From Tubiluchus corallicola (lineage: Eukaryota > Animalia > Priapulida): DNA of 64,000 nucleotides. The notes beneath the pieces are model-generated. The model was not told where the DNA came from and ran no database searches. It worked only from the letters and a program-made list of their open reading frames with translations. Made by a program: the position numbers and the translations under genes. This document shows, piece by piece, positions 1 through 13,347 of this stretch. Position 1 is the stretch's first letter, and each line of letters begins with the position of its first letter. The stretch is from positions 1 to 64,000 of the forward strand of contig JAQGDQ010000688.1 in the NCBI GenBank assembly GCA_030141605.1. The letters run 5' to 3'.

Positions 1-660
1 TAAATGTTTAGCTTCCAGAAATTCTTGGGTAACGAGGTTAATTGTAGTGGACGAGCGGGTAACAGATTCAAAGCAAGACCGCAACGCTAGCATATTAGCG
101 CATGATAAACGTACCTGCTTACAAACAAAACGGTACTTAACATGATTGTTTCTACATATATTATAGTGCGCAAAGCGAAGTAAAGATGACATAAAAGTAG
201 AAAAGGCTCTTTGGGCAAATTATTTTACAGACATTACAAATGTTTTATTTTAAGTATGTGAAGGAAAAATATTGAGTCAATTATGTGGAGTTATTTGAGT
301 CAATTACCAACAGTTTTTATGTACATTTGAATAGAAGCGGCCCATACCAGATATTTTTGAGTCAATTAAGAGAATGAGTCTATTAACCGTGAGTCTATTA
401 AGCGGCGCTACTGCATTTGAAAAAATAACATTAGCGTCAAGTCGTTCAAGTTTATCAAGAAAAAAGCTCCTTGCGAAGTTATTCATAGCTTAAATTTTGT
501 GATAAAATATTTTTCTCGAGATTTTACTAACTATAACTGTATCGCATGGCTGCCATTAGATAAATAAAATAACCCAAGACGATGATTTTTAGTGTGAAAA
601 AGAGAATGTGCCAGAAGAAAACCGCATGTATGGAAGCCTAAAAGCTTCTTCTCCACTCAC

Positions 661-3600
661 CAGAATGTCTTGAAGTAGCAAACGTGCCTCTTTTTCTGTC
701 GTGCATCTTTGGTATGCCTAAAAATACAGGGAATAATGTTAATATGTTAGTAAAGTGGTATGAGGCTACCACGCAGGGAGATCGCTATGCTCTTGATCTG
801 CTTCTTAAATTTGCTTCAAAAACTATGGGAATTAAACAGTGACCTATGGCACACTCGTACGACATGAGAGTCATAAAAAGAGCACAAGTTATTATTAATG
901 ACGAATTTCATCCAGATAATAAATTTTTTAAAATACTGTTTTTTAATAATGATTTACGTGAAAGAATTATTACCACAGAAACCTAATTTCGTGTTCGACT
1001 GAGTAGTTCTTTGATGTTACATGCTCTTCGCCATTCACTAGTTAGATGGGCACTAGCGCCTTTATTTCGGAAATGTATTGCACAAAAAACAGGTGCTGTA
1101 CCTATGACTTCAAATGTGTTCAGTTGTGATGCAACACACACATTTGAGGGCTCATGCGTTACAGCAGTGATAAACTTGATATTTAAACTTTTAAACTTAA
1201 AATTGCCTAGTTTTTGTATATCACAATGAATGTTGCACATTTATCCTGTACTTCAACTTTCAGTTTTGCAAATACACGCAACGCGTTCATGTTTGATTGT
1301 GATGTCATCATCGCTTGCTACGCTCACTGACGTTATCAGGAACATTATCGCAACATTACAGACGTTAAAATATATATTTCAGAATCATCCTGTTTTCCTT
1401 TAAACAAATATAGTGATATATGTGTGATACTTGCATACCAAAACCGTCCATAAGTCGGCATAGTTAAAACTGTTATGATGCTTCAAAGTAGAATGAACCA
1501 GAAATATGGTCAAATGTCATTTTTTCATATTTTGTAAAAACCAACGGTAAATATATTGGACTTTTATATTCTAGCACCAAATTATCGAAAAAGTGTTCAA
1601 AAGGCACCGAAAACTTAATTTTATAACTCCTTACCCATTTCTCTGCCTAGAAACTAGTACTGCAATTGGAAAAAGCTTCTATTTTTAAACTCAGTTGTAG
1701 CTCGTGGAAGCAGCCATTTTTCTGTTGCCAAGCCCAGATCTTTGTCAGGAAGAGCCATCTACTGGATTTAAACATAACTTCAATGCGCTCTTGCAGAGTC
1801 CATAGCAACCAACATTTGTGCGGTTGCTAACTGTTTTGTAGAAACGCGACAAAAAACAATGGCTAACTTTAACAGCGATTTTCTCAAGATTATGTTTTCC
1901 AGTGCATAGCCTGCATGTCAGCTTCAATATGGATTGTCTCAGGTTAGGAATAACTTAGAGTGATGAACTTGGTATCAAAACGATCCTCATGAAATAGAGA
2001 TTCAGGATATGTGAATAACTAGAAAAGCTCAATTGCCAACTTATGGACGATTTTGCTTTGCAAGTGCACATATATGAAACATAAATAATACATAATTGTG
2101 TGACGAATTGTAAACTCCTTCCAAAAGTGTGTACATAAATAAATTGTTTGTATTTGTTTTTTATTCTGAAAGACTAGGACAGCACCCTCCTAATTTAGAG
2201 GTACCGACTACCGATACCTGTATTAAACTCTGCAGTGACGGATAGACAGCAGTTATAGCACTGGCCACCTGTGCACTGACATTACGAAACTGTTGAATTT
2301 GCTGCCTCCAAACCCGGGCCAGACCACGCCCTTGCCTGTCAACCTTCACGCCACCGCCCGCCTCGCTTTCTGCGTGAAAAGCCAAGTTTGCTGCACTCTG
2401 TCCCCTCTCTAGCTTGTATGGCTTCTCGGCGACGGCCTTGGTGAACGTTGCAATGAGGTGACCAACTTCGTAAGAACTAGAAAGGAGGTAGACGTTGCAG
2501 TTGGCTTGGAGTTGCAGGTCAACTAAAGCCTATAGTAAAAAATGAACAAAAGAGATTTATTTAAAACAGTCAATCTCCGGTATAAGGTACTCGCTTATAA
2601 GAGACCACCTACACTTATTTGTAGCATTTTTCCTATGTAAAAATCTTCGTATATAAGGTTCTCGGATATAAGGAACGATATCTTCAGGTCTCGCGTAATA
2701 GAAACCCATTTAAATTACTCGCATATAAGGGATTCTATGATCAAAACGAAATTGATTAATTTTTAACCTCAATTTTTTGCAAACTCGGCCTTCAAACAGC
2801 TCGGCTTCCGTGGTCACATACATCTCGCATCACCGAAGGAGCTTCCTACATTCCGTTTGCACTGAATGTGTAGCAATAATCCACAAAAATATGGGCAAAA
2901 GTACAGAGAAGTACTGGTCTAGATACACCCTCGGTCTGACTCAACTCCCAGCCGAGTCATACCAAAGACTTAAAAAATGCTAGCGCTGGTTCTTCAACCA
3001 TCACGAGGGTTTCACATGCGGGCACTAATAATCAGGACCATTTTGGAAATAAATATTGAGTTATTTAAGGTGTTATTCCTGGACTATGTCTTAAACAAAA
3101 ATTTTATTACTACTATTATAAAGAAATGTGAGCATTATAAACAGTCATGGTTTATGAATCGCATTGCCTAGAACGAGCATCAAATCCATGGTGGCTAGAC
3201 ACCACTCTCCAGAGCACACCTATCCATTCAGCCATGAAACTTGACTACAATTTGCGTTAGAATCTGAGAAAATGCTGCAGTATTCCTATAATACTTGCAA
3301 AAGAATGTGAATGAGACGCCTCTACTAGTTTAGTAACTCGTCTTAGAAGGCTATCCTTGATAATGATACGTGCCGGTCATGCCACAAGCAGCTTTCTAAG
3401 CAGCCATATCTTTTTAGTGCTTTCCAGCAAACAGTGTGTCAAAGGGTATAAGAAAATTGCCAGCGCAATGCAAGTTTTAATCATACCTCCTCTATCTCAA
3501 CTCGTGATACAACTGTTGTGATGTTCTTCAGCTTCCGGCCCCTCTTCCTCTGCATGCCCTCCACGGCAGCAGCATGGATGGCTTTGCGAAAATTCTGCCG

Positions 3601-6600
3601 TTGAGCGTTTTTCTGGTCCCTGAGCAAGGCAACGTTTAGATTTAAGGTAGGACTCCACGTGTACGTAATGTGTGATCCGTATTCAATGGAACGTAATCGC
3701 TACCGTCCAAATACATATCACGCAGGAACATGCAGACGGGAAACCAAATTTAAATTCAAATTTGTTTTTAAATTTTTACAAGATACAGATAAACAAAAAG
3801 TAACAAATATAATAAGAAAAGAGACGAGGTGGAGAAAAAACCAAGTACACTATTCCGTACTGAAGTCTGAAACTTGTTCAGATTCAAATCAAATTCAAGA
3901 TCAGTTTATTAACAAAGAGAAACTGCTAACTAGGTACTGGTAAGAAAGATAAGTGGTTTCAAGCAAGCAGAAAAACATTATTAAGTAGAAATATGAATTA
4001 AACCCGTAAAACGTTTCATTTTATATGAATAAAGCAGCATTGATTTCTGCCTCTGGAACATGTCTTTATTCCTCTACATTACTTTCTATAGAAGTCTTAG
4101 TTTCATTTAAGGACTTAACAATGCATTTTGCTGGAACGCAATAGCATCGCTAAAGGACAAGAAAAGGGGCAGTTATTATAAGGTGTGAACTGACCCTAAG
4201 AAGTTTCTTAACTCAGTATGTATTTGCCACTAGACAGAAGAAAAATTCTTTCCTAATCTTTTGATTGGAAGATTCGTTTGGTGTTTATTAAGAATTAATA
4301 ACTTGATGAGGCTTGCTCAAAGGAAACTTTTTTTTGGTCAGTGAATGTAGAAATGAACTGACCCTAGCAATTTTCTTAACTTAGTATATGTTAAAGGACA
4401 AGAAAAAGAGTACGTAAAGTATGTTTCAGAAAAATCGCCTTAAAAAAATTATACTACTTTACAGCAATTTTATGCACATATCGTATTCGCGTTGAAAGGA
4501 ATTTTTATTTGTTTTCATTCTAAATGTCCCACAATACTGTTCCGACGGCGCCATTACATGACGGCACTTACGCAAACATAAACCAGGGGAAGAAAGGGCA
4601 ATGTTAAATTATGACCCAAAAAACTTTCCGTGCAAATCCATATTACTGAGCATTTCACTTACCAGCTGGAAAGACTTATGTAACTAGACTAGTAATTTAA
4701 AATTTTTGTGTCAATTGGTAAAATGATACTGACTCACCCTCCAGGGTGCGCCACTCACTAGACAAAAACGTATTTTTAATCTTATTGACAAGATACAGTA
4801 ATTTAAAATTTTACTTAATTAGCAACATGTATGCCACGAATGCTCTGATTATTTTTTCAAACTTTACTTAATGTTATCAAAACTTGTTTCAAATGACCTA
4901 CCATTAAAATGGCTGAACCTAAAGGTCATCGTGGGAGTTTAAATTTACACGTTTTATACAGCGTTACGGCCGATGCAAGCCACGCATACGAAAAGGTAGT
5001 ATGTAAGTGGTATAAAATTTCATGACGTATTTTTTAAGCTTTATGTAAGTGGCCGGTTTTCTTGTGCTTTAAGCGAGGATTTACTGTAAATAGTACGGTT
5101 CTTCTGCCTATTGCTTAAGCACTACCGTCAAGTTCCCGCACTATGCCGTTAATGCTACTGCCGAGATTTGACTAAGAAAATCAAACAACTAACCTGAGAT
5201 ATTTATCAATGTTAGTCACAAAAAACGTGCAGTTGCAGTCGGGCAGCAGTCTCTTAATACTCGTAATGTGACTCAGCAATGTAACACAGCCAGCATTATC
5301 CTATAAAATAAAACATACATGTAGAACATTAAAATGCTTAAGTAACACGCATAACTCACGTTGTGACTAGATGTTAGTAAGAATATTCTGGACCACGACA
5401 TTTCCTTTATCAAAGTTTCACACAACACAGTGAAAGAATAATTGGTGAAAGTGGATTATCCAAATTAATTAAAGGAAGACCGGACGATTGTTTAGACCCA
5501 ATCTCATTTTAATTTACTGTCCAAAATATACATTTTCTTGCCTATTAAAGTTAACAATTGTTCCTTATATTTGAATAATTAGCTTAGAAAGTTAATTAAG
5601 GGCAAACGAACACAGCTATTGCTTACGTCAGAAACTAACCACAGTTTGTGCAATGGCGGGCGTCTTCCCTTGTGCGTCAAGCACATTTGCATAGGTGTTA
5701 TAGTACTGCTTAAATGCGTGATGTCACGAAAAATGGGCTTTACATCATATGACGTCACAAAACTAACACTGCAGTTCATGACCATGCTTACCACGGTACC
5801 GCCTTCTATTTGTCGGCCACGCAAATGTGACAAAAAGGCGCCAGTATTCCAGAATTCCAATATTCAATTTTTCTAGTTTGAAATATAATTGAAATCTAAA
5901 AAAACATCATAAAAACTGCATCTCTAGTTATTTTATACTGCATAGAAAGTAAATTCAGTGGGATGAATATTTAAAGAAACTGAGTTTTAAAGGTTAGACG
6001 TGACTGCACTTCAAATTACGATGTCTTTATATCTTAGAATTGTGGATAATTAAAGCACAACACAAATCAGAAATTGGTGCATTTCAAAGAAGAACGTACA
6101 GGAACATTCTAGGAATAAAATGGCCAAAGAAAATATCAAATCAGGATCTGTATAATAAAGTCAAAACAGAGGAATGGACATTTAAAATCAAAAGAAGAAG
6201 ATTAAGATGGATAGAACATGTTATACGACTAACAGATGACAGTCCATTAAAGTTAGCTTTCAAAGAAGTACTGCAGAAAGAAAAGAAACCGCAAGGAGAA
6301 CAACTGCTGACTTACATCAATTTCATCCAAAAAGATCTTATCTACACACCATTAGATATCAAAAATACAAAGACATTGGAGGTTGCGGGTGACAAGGTAG
6401 CATGGACTAAAGTGATTGCAAGGGTCATATCAGAGGTCATGTCATTCCAGAAATGACTGAATCTTGGTGTAAAACGTTAGCTTGCCCAAATGCTTAACTA
6501 AAGCTTACAGAGGGTACCTACTCAACAATTTTTGCAATAATTTTGTTGGTGAGCTTTTGTAAGCTTAATAATGCGCTTTTAACCAAAACCAGTCACGGAC

Positions 6601-9600
6601 GATGAGTTAAGCTAGCTGATATGCGGCACGTCCAGACCTGCGAGTTTTCTCTCTGACAGCAAACTCGCAAGTGTGAACTGCTTTGCGAGTTACTGTCGAC
6701 AAGAAATTGCAAACTCTCCGACAGTTGCCGGGAGTCACTTAACTGTCCAGTGTGAACACCACAGCGAGTTACTCTCGGCACTTCTGGCAGCAAAAGAGAA
6801 GTGAGTGTCAGCTCATTCTTACTGATACACAGTAACTCGCAGCAAATTTTGTTCTCTAGTCTGAACATATTTGTGAGTTATTTGACGAGTTACTCTCGGC
6901 ACTTCTCACAGCAAAAGAGAAGTGAGTGACAGCTCATTCTTACTGATACAGAGCAACTCACAGCAAATTTTGCTCTCTAATCTGAACATATTTGTGAGTT
7001 ACTTGACGAGTTACTCTCGGCACTTCTCGCAGCAAAAGAGGAGTGTCAACTCATGCTTACTGATGCAGAGTAACTCGCAGCAATTTCTGCTCTCTAGTTG
7101 AGACCCCCTTGCGAGTTAGTTGGTGAGAAAACTCAGAATTCGTCAAACTCAAAGTCGAAATATTTAGTCAAAGAATAGTTGGAGCAGGTTTTCTACTCAA
7201 GTCTGAACACGCTTGCGAGTTTCCTGGCATGTTTATCTGATACAGACTAACTAATACAGCCAACACAGACTAAAGTGTTTTTTTCACAAATGCTAATGGG
7301 TAAAATAATGGCAACAATTACTAAAACAACGATGACTCTAGTATAAAAGACCGCATACCTTGACAGTGTTGTAAACCATGTCTATAAACTCAGCTAGTGG
7401 TATTTCAATCAGAGCTTCAGGTTGTAACACTTCCCTGGAGATTGTGTTGAACTGAGAAAAAGAAGTTTATTAATTAGCAAATTTTACAGCATGAAATCAA
7501 GTCAAAAACATTTTTACATTAGTTACAGCAACCTCCTTTAACTTAAATACACAAAAAAGAGAAACTATTCTGAGCTGTAGTCTACCATAAAGCTATCTAC
7601 AGGAAGCATGCGGAGTCTGACTGTGAAATGTCACTTTTGTTAAGTTCATGCAGCAGTTAGCAAGACGTCTAAAACAGGGGTGTGCAAATTGCGGCCCGCG
7701 GGCCACTTGCGGCTCACAGAGAGAATTTGTGCGGCCCGCGAAAAGATTTGTCAACCTAATGAAAGTGCAGCCCGGGTGATTAATTGAGTGTATCCAGCTG
7801 AAGTCCGTGCCATGATCCCAAAGATAGTGCGGGTAGTTTTTTCTACTAGATCGGATGCCATTAACTCTTACAAGACGGTTGTAGCTTAATGTCACTGTAC
7901 TACACAGACTGTGTGATACACATTACTAATATGCATTGTAATGAAATTACCACTATCTATCATGAAAGTAGAAATATATGGTTTGTAATATAAATTTTAA
8001 TAACTTCTTGAGTGTAGTAGTATTGATGTACGCAGGTCGGATGGCTCTTTGATCAAACTGCCTGTGGCCCGCAGGAATTGCGGGAAAGTTTAATGTGGCC
8101 CGGCTAGTCAGATAATTTGCATACCCCTGGTCTAAGATGAGCAAACTCCAGGACTAAACACTAAAAAAGATTTCCCATTGTGATTCTTTTCAGTTTTTGC
8201 CCCTTGTCATGGCACAGAAGGTTCTACTTTTTTGCTGGATTGCTGCTGTGTTTACCAGTCTTGAGGGCAGATTTCTTTTATTTTAGAATTCTGCCTGGTC
8301 AATGTCTACAACTGATGCGATGAGCGTTACAATGAATAACAGGAAAAAATTGTAATCGTTGTTGTTGTTATCTGAAAAGAACTGGATTAATGGGTAAACT
8401 ACACTTCAGAACAACAAACACCAGAATCTTGTACGAAACACTACATGTATATACAGTCAACCTCGGATATAAGGGACACCTTGGGATCGGAAAAAACCGT
8501 CTCTTATATCCGACGTCCATTATAGCCAAAGTTGAGTCAGACCGAGGTACTTTTCTGTACTTTCATCTACTTTTACCCATATTTTTATGGTTTATTGCAA
8601 ACGGTAAGTAGGAAGCTCCTTCGGTGATACGAGATGTATGTGACCACGGAAGCCGAGCTGTTCAAAGGCCGTGCTTGCAAAAAATTGAGGTTAAAAATCG
8701 ATCAATTTCGCTTTGATCATAGGGCCCCTAATTTACCTGGGTTTCTATTATGCAGGACCTGAAGATATCGTCCCTTACAACCGAAAATCCTTCATATCCG
8801 AGTACCTTATATACGAAGATTTTTACAAAACGCTACAAAAAATCGGGACCGCTGTTGGTGGTTCCTTATAAGCGAGTACCTTATACCTAAGGTTGACTGT
8901 ATTACAAAACAAAACACATAACAAACACAAATATAAGCATAAATAAGAAAAACTTTTGTTAGCATTGATTTCAGACAGGTGGCAGCAGTACATAAGCTAT
9001 AATTACGATTGAAACATATATATATATAGCTTATGTACTGCCACCTGTCTGAAATCAATGCAAACAATTTATTTTTTTATATTCATATATTTAATATAAT
9101 GTATATATATATTAATATGTATGTTTCAATCACAATTATAGCTTATGCACTGCTGCCACCTCTCTGAAATCAAAGCAAACAAAAGTTTTTCTTTAATATA
9201 ATATATTTATATAATTACATTTATTTACATATATATAAATATATCGCTGTCTCCGCAACACCGTTTACAAGATGTGCATGCAAACAATAAAATCGTGTCA
9301 ACTCAATTATAACGCACGCAAACATTGCCAAATTGTTGTTTGATTCGTTTTGTTTACTGAGGAAAGTTTTCCATACTTATTAGGCCTCTCCTGCAGAAGT
9401 GTGCTTTAATATACTCTTCCTGACATGGTGGAAGTACAGGCACATAAGCACATATGTCCAAGCCTTATACAAGCCTTTGCTTCTCTAGCCCACGGCAGTA
9501 CAATTATTCTTTTATGATAACGATAGTGTATGAAACATAACAATTTAATACAGTATGACGTAATTTTGATGCCACTGTGTGCTTAATGTCATTATATTGT

Positions 9601-12600
9601 ACTGAATGTGATAATAATAAAACTAAACTAATGTGGGACTACAAACCAAAACTGTCCACAAGTCGGCATGGTAGAAAGCACCAAAAAATTGGTCAAATGT
9701 CATTTTTTTGTTTTTCATAAAAACAGATGCCAAATATATTGGACTTTAATATTCTAACATCAAATTATCATGAAAATGTTCAAAAAACGCTAAAACTCTA
9801 ATTTTATAAACCCATACTCACTTTTCTGTCCAGAAACTAGTACTGCAATTGCAAAAAACTTGTATTTTCAAACTCCAATAGTAGCTCATGGAAGCAATCA
9901 TTTTGCTTCTGGTTTTTTCTGTTACCAAACCCAGAACTTCGTCACAAAGAGCCATCTACTGGATTTAAACATAACCTCAAAGTGTTCTTGCAAAGTCCAT
10001 AGCAACCAACATTTGTGCGGTTGCTAAGTCTTTTGTAGAAGCGCGACGAAAAACAATGACTGACTTTAACAGTGATTTTCTCAAGATTACGTTTTTCTGT
10101 GTGGAGCCTGCACCTCAACTTCAACGTGGATTATCTCAGCTTAGAAATAACATAGAGTGATGAGCTTGGTATCAAAATGATCTTCACGAAATGGAGATTC
10201 AGGGTATGTGAATAGCTAGAAACTGCCAACTTATGGACGATTTTGCTGTGCAAGCACACATACAATTAAAATACGTGATTGATATTGATTGTTTGCGATT
10301 TTTTATTTTCACACAAAATTTTACATTAACCAGAAGCATCGTCGCTCATTGACACACTAGAATTTTATCACAACTAAACGTACTTCACAATTATCGGTCA
10401 TGGTATGATCTGTCATTTGTCTCAACCACGTCACGCTTCTGGGAACACACTGTGCTTGTAGCCTGTAATTTAACTCCAGCTCTGTTAAACAATTCAAGAT
10501 GTCTGTTGCCCCGGCGCCCTCTAGTAGTGCATTATCTATGACTGCAGTCACGTACTGAAAAATGAGATAGAGATATGCAAAATCTTGCGTTACCAAGTGT
10601 AAATCAAGACCTATGATGCAATTATGTACACAAATTAATGTAGACCAAACAAATTAAAATCATTTTGTGCCATCATTAATGAATTTATCCTTAAACATTA
10701 TTTTCCAGTTTACTGGGACACGAACCCAAGACCTTCTGCTTTCCGCGTAGCTATGTTATAGAGCAAATTAATGAATTTACCTTTAGGCATTCCCCAGGCT
10801 TCAGTGCTCGTCTAGCTTCTGCTTCTTTTTGCTTCACCTGCTTCTTCAGTTCTTTCTCTTTTTCTTTCTGCTCACGTACTGCTTTTCTTTCTTCTTCTTT
10901 TTTCTTCCTCAATGCCTAGAATGAATTCAACTATAAGGACATGTAGGGCGAATGCGCATAACATATGCACCTGGAGTATGTTGTTGACAATAGTATTCCG
11001 GCAATGAATTTTCTTTTTAAGCAAAAATCAATAAAATATCCGAATGCATAGAATGCCCACAATACAACTTCGGTCGCTTGAGGTGCCATGCTGCCGGGAG
11101 GTCCACGTGTACAGTCACCTTACTATTTCATTTTCACCATGAAACTTTTAAATTCTAATCCCATTTCTACAAAGTAATGTATCAGCAGGCACGGAATACC
11201 TAATACTAATATCTTAAATAATTTACTCGTACAAGTAATTATTATAATTATCATAAAACTTTCAATCAAATGAAACTATTTTACACAGCCTAGAAATGTT
11301 GCTCAGAAACACGGAACTTTAGCACAACAATTCCATGTAAACAACGAGTTACAATTTGCAGTGTTCCGACTTAAAGGAAAACCGGATGATTGTGTAAATA
11401 TTAGTTAAAAATAAAGAATGCTCTATGATATTGAAAACTACAATAGCTTCTTTTAAAATCAAAGCTTAGATTAAATAATAATTATCTCGGATACTCAAAT
11501 TTCGTTAAACTTTCAAAGCTACGCGCGGCTCAGTGAATCTACTAAGATTGGCAACGGCGCCTTTTTGTCACATTCATGTGACCGACAAATACAAGGCGAG
11601 GCGATACCGTGATAACCATGATCATGAACTGCAGTGTTAGTTTCTGGCGTCATGTGACGTAGAGCCCATTTCCGTGACATCAAGAGTTTAAGCGGTAACA
11701 CTTACGCAAACGTGCTTGACGCGCAAGGGAGGATGCCTACCATTGAACAAACTGCGGTTAGTTTCTGACGTAAGCAACAGCTGCATTCAATTGCCACTGA
11801 AAAGAGCGTTCAGGCTCGCTAGCTTTCTCGCCAAGGGACTCGATAGTCTCTAGATAATCACTAGACTAGACAGATGAGTAACTCTCTGACGGTAAGCGTA
11901 AACTGACACTCACCTCTCTATTTGCTGCGAGAAGTGTTTAGACTAACTTGCCGAGGTGTTTACAATTAGACAGTAAATCAACTCTCAGCAATTGTCTGAG
12001 AGTTTACAATTTCTTGCTGACAGTAACTCGCAGTTCACACTTGTGAGTTTGCTGTCAGAAAGAAAATTCGCTAACTGTTAAAAACTAGTTTAACCCTTTC
12101 ACCACTGAAGGCGGCAGACTGGCGACCATGCTCAGCACTAAGCGCAGTCACCCAGGTCTGTTTATTTCACCGCTACGTCGAGGCAAAAACATTGTAAAAA
12201 AGTTTAACAGCCGTGGGATTGGGGTTGCTTCACAACAATTAACGCTAACCAGCCAATTAGCATCTGAAGCCAGGTACATTCCACAATACTGTACGTACTG
12301 TGTGGTACGTTCCCACGCAAAATCATTTGTAGATCGTTGATGAAACATGTTTAGTTGATTTTTCTGCATTCTTATAAAACAATTGCATATTATGAATTAG
12401 TATTGCGTCTTTTGTGAAAACTGGTTTCTAAATATAAGTACATATTTACTTATGTGCAAGTGTGTGTGTGTGTGTGTGCGCGTGTGCGTGTGTGTGCGTG
12501 AGCGCATGTACGTGTGCTCACATGTATATGCATGTGTAGAAATAAAACTAACATTTAATATTAGTACTTAATAACGAACAACTATTTGTTTATTTACAAG

Positions 12601-13347
12601 ATTCTGTTTTAGTAACACACCACAAGAAGTTATTGCCAAATGTGCAAAAATCAAGGCAGCCTAGTTAAAACGCAAATACATAGTGAAAGGGTTACTATAC
12701 ACAATCTAGTTTAAACACGAAAAAGTATTAGCTGTATTACCAACCCACAGTTGACACATTCTGACCTAAAAAAAACATACCAAAGCTTCCTCTTTTGCTT
12801 TTTCTATCTCCTCCGGTGTCCGCTTCTTTCGCTTAACACCTTGACTATCTTCAGAAGTGCTGGAAACCTGCGAAGACGTCATACTCCATGTTTCTTGACT
12901 ATTTCCCGACAAAACAGATAGACAAGTGGAAGTACTTTGGGACGAAGTCGCACTTGTGGTACAGACGAAGTTAGTTAATGTAGACTTAGTTAATGAATCA
13001 AATCTCGTCACATTTACATGAGGTTCAGAAAATTTACTAGCGTCTGAAATAGTTACACTAGATGCAGAAACGGATGCCTTTTGAAGCGAAAGTTCATCTC
13101 TCATATCCGGAGAACCAAGTGTGGAAGCAACCATTGACGGCAGTGCTGCGCCGAATTTTCTCTGCAGTCTCTCTGCCAACGAGATCAGTTCCTCCTCAGA
13201 TGCCGAGCTTGAATCACCACTGTTGTTCTTAAATCTACTGCCATTTTCCATGCAGTTTGCATTTGGAAGAGAAATTTCGTCTATCACACAGTCATCTTCG
13301 CTGTCACTTGATGATATCTCGTGAAGTTTAGCATGATATGTAGCCAT
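661..13347 (-). CDS. EME1: Crossover junction endonuclease subunit EME1 (MUS81 partner); 8 coding exons in window, 3' end beyond left edge
   Basis: GT-AG exons with matching phases: 13347-12781 (MATYHAK...EEAL), 10915-10781 (ALRKKKEEE...LKPGECLK), 10554-10384 (YVTAVIDNALLEGAG...VPRSVTW), 7451-7359 (...EFIDMVY), 5300-5194, 3619-3487 (...VSRVEIEE), 2529-2218 (ALVDLQL...FTKAVAEKPYK...GVKVDRQGRGLARVWRQQIQQF...YPSLQSLIQ), 717-661 (AYQRCTTEKEARLLLQDIL). These are EME1 ERCC4-like and HhH motifs. About 525 aa in window. A 5'UTR splice acceptor lies at 13413-13414. Confidence 0.93.
735..940 (+). mobile_element. Degraded Rex1/L2-like LINE C-terminal fragment
   Basis: Translates as VKWYEATTQGDRYALDLLLKFASKTMGIKQ*...YDMRVIKRAQVIINDEFHPDNKFFKIL, the WYG/ASKIIG/D..HP pattern. 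Confidence 0.55.
1421..2070. mobile_element. About 640-bp MITE with about 35-bp TIRs (TGTG..CTTGCA..AAAA.CGTCCATAAGT.GGCA), unclassified
   Basis: Inverted termini flanked by TA/TATA. Further copies at about 9632-10261 and 27318-27944 (reverse). Confidence 0.8.
4480..5075. mobile_element. Dispersed repeat ending TTTTCTTGTGCTTTAA (Kolobok-like)
   Basis: Homologous copies at about 31095-31752 and 63270-63625. Confidence 0.65.
5470..5850. mobile_element. Kolobok-like non-autonomous family (terminus TTAAAGGAAGACCGGACGATT), many copies
   Basis: Homologous segments at 17150-17545, 11520-11800 (reverse) and 48880-49190 (reverse). Related family members at about 940-1403, 36240-36815, 56530-57150, 57320-57928 and 58211-59317. 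Confidence 0.65.
6020..6465 (+). mobile_element. 3' fragment of an RTE-like LINE ORF in an EME1 intron
   Basis: ORF 6040-6456 (AFQRRTYRNILGIKWPKKISNQDLY...IKRRRLRWIEHVIRL...A.DKVAW) matches the post-RT C-terminal region typical of RTE-group LINEs. Confidence 0.75.
6610..7230. mobile_element. Harbinger-like non-autonomous element with ACTCGC/GCGAGT subterminal repeats and an internal ~120-bp tandem (x3)
   Basis: Terminus resembling GGCGCGTTCA.AC. Fragments also at about 11800-12075, 22640-22735, 23300-23370, 38970-39112 and 42741-43030. Confidence 0.6.
7675..8129. mobile_element. hAT (Charlie/Buster-like) MITE, copy 1
   Basis: TIR CAGGGGT(G/A)TGCAAATT; 8-bp TSD GTCTAAAA/GTCTAAGA with central TA. 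Confidence 0.85.
8454..8899. mobile_element. pogo/Tigger-like MITE
   Basis: TA|CAGTCAACCTCGG ... AGGTTGACTG|TA. Related copies at 33083-33579 and partially at 2567-2946. Confidence 0.8.
12094..12691. mobile_element. piggyBac-like MITE in the intron after the first EME1 coding exon
   Basis: TTAA|CCCTTTCAC ... GTGAAAGGG|TTAC; contains a (TG)n tract. Confidence 0.65.

Noticed and set aside
1-114. Final EME1 exon (VRLSCANML...)
   Set aside because: Does not resemble the expected VRRG...RRIGPELSRR C-terminus; the true last exon is probably outside the window.
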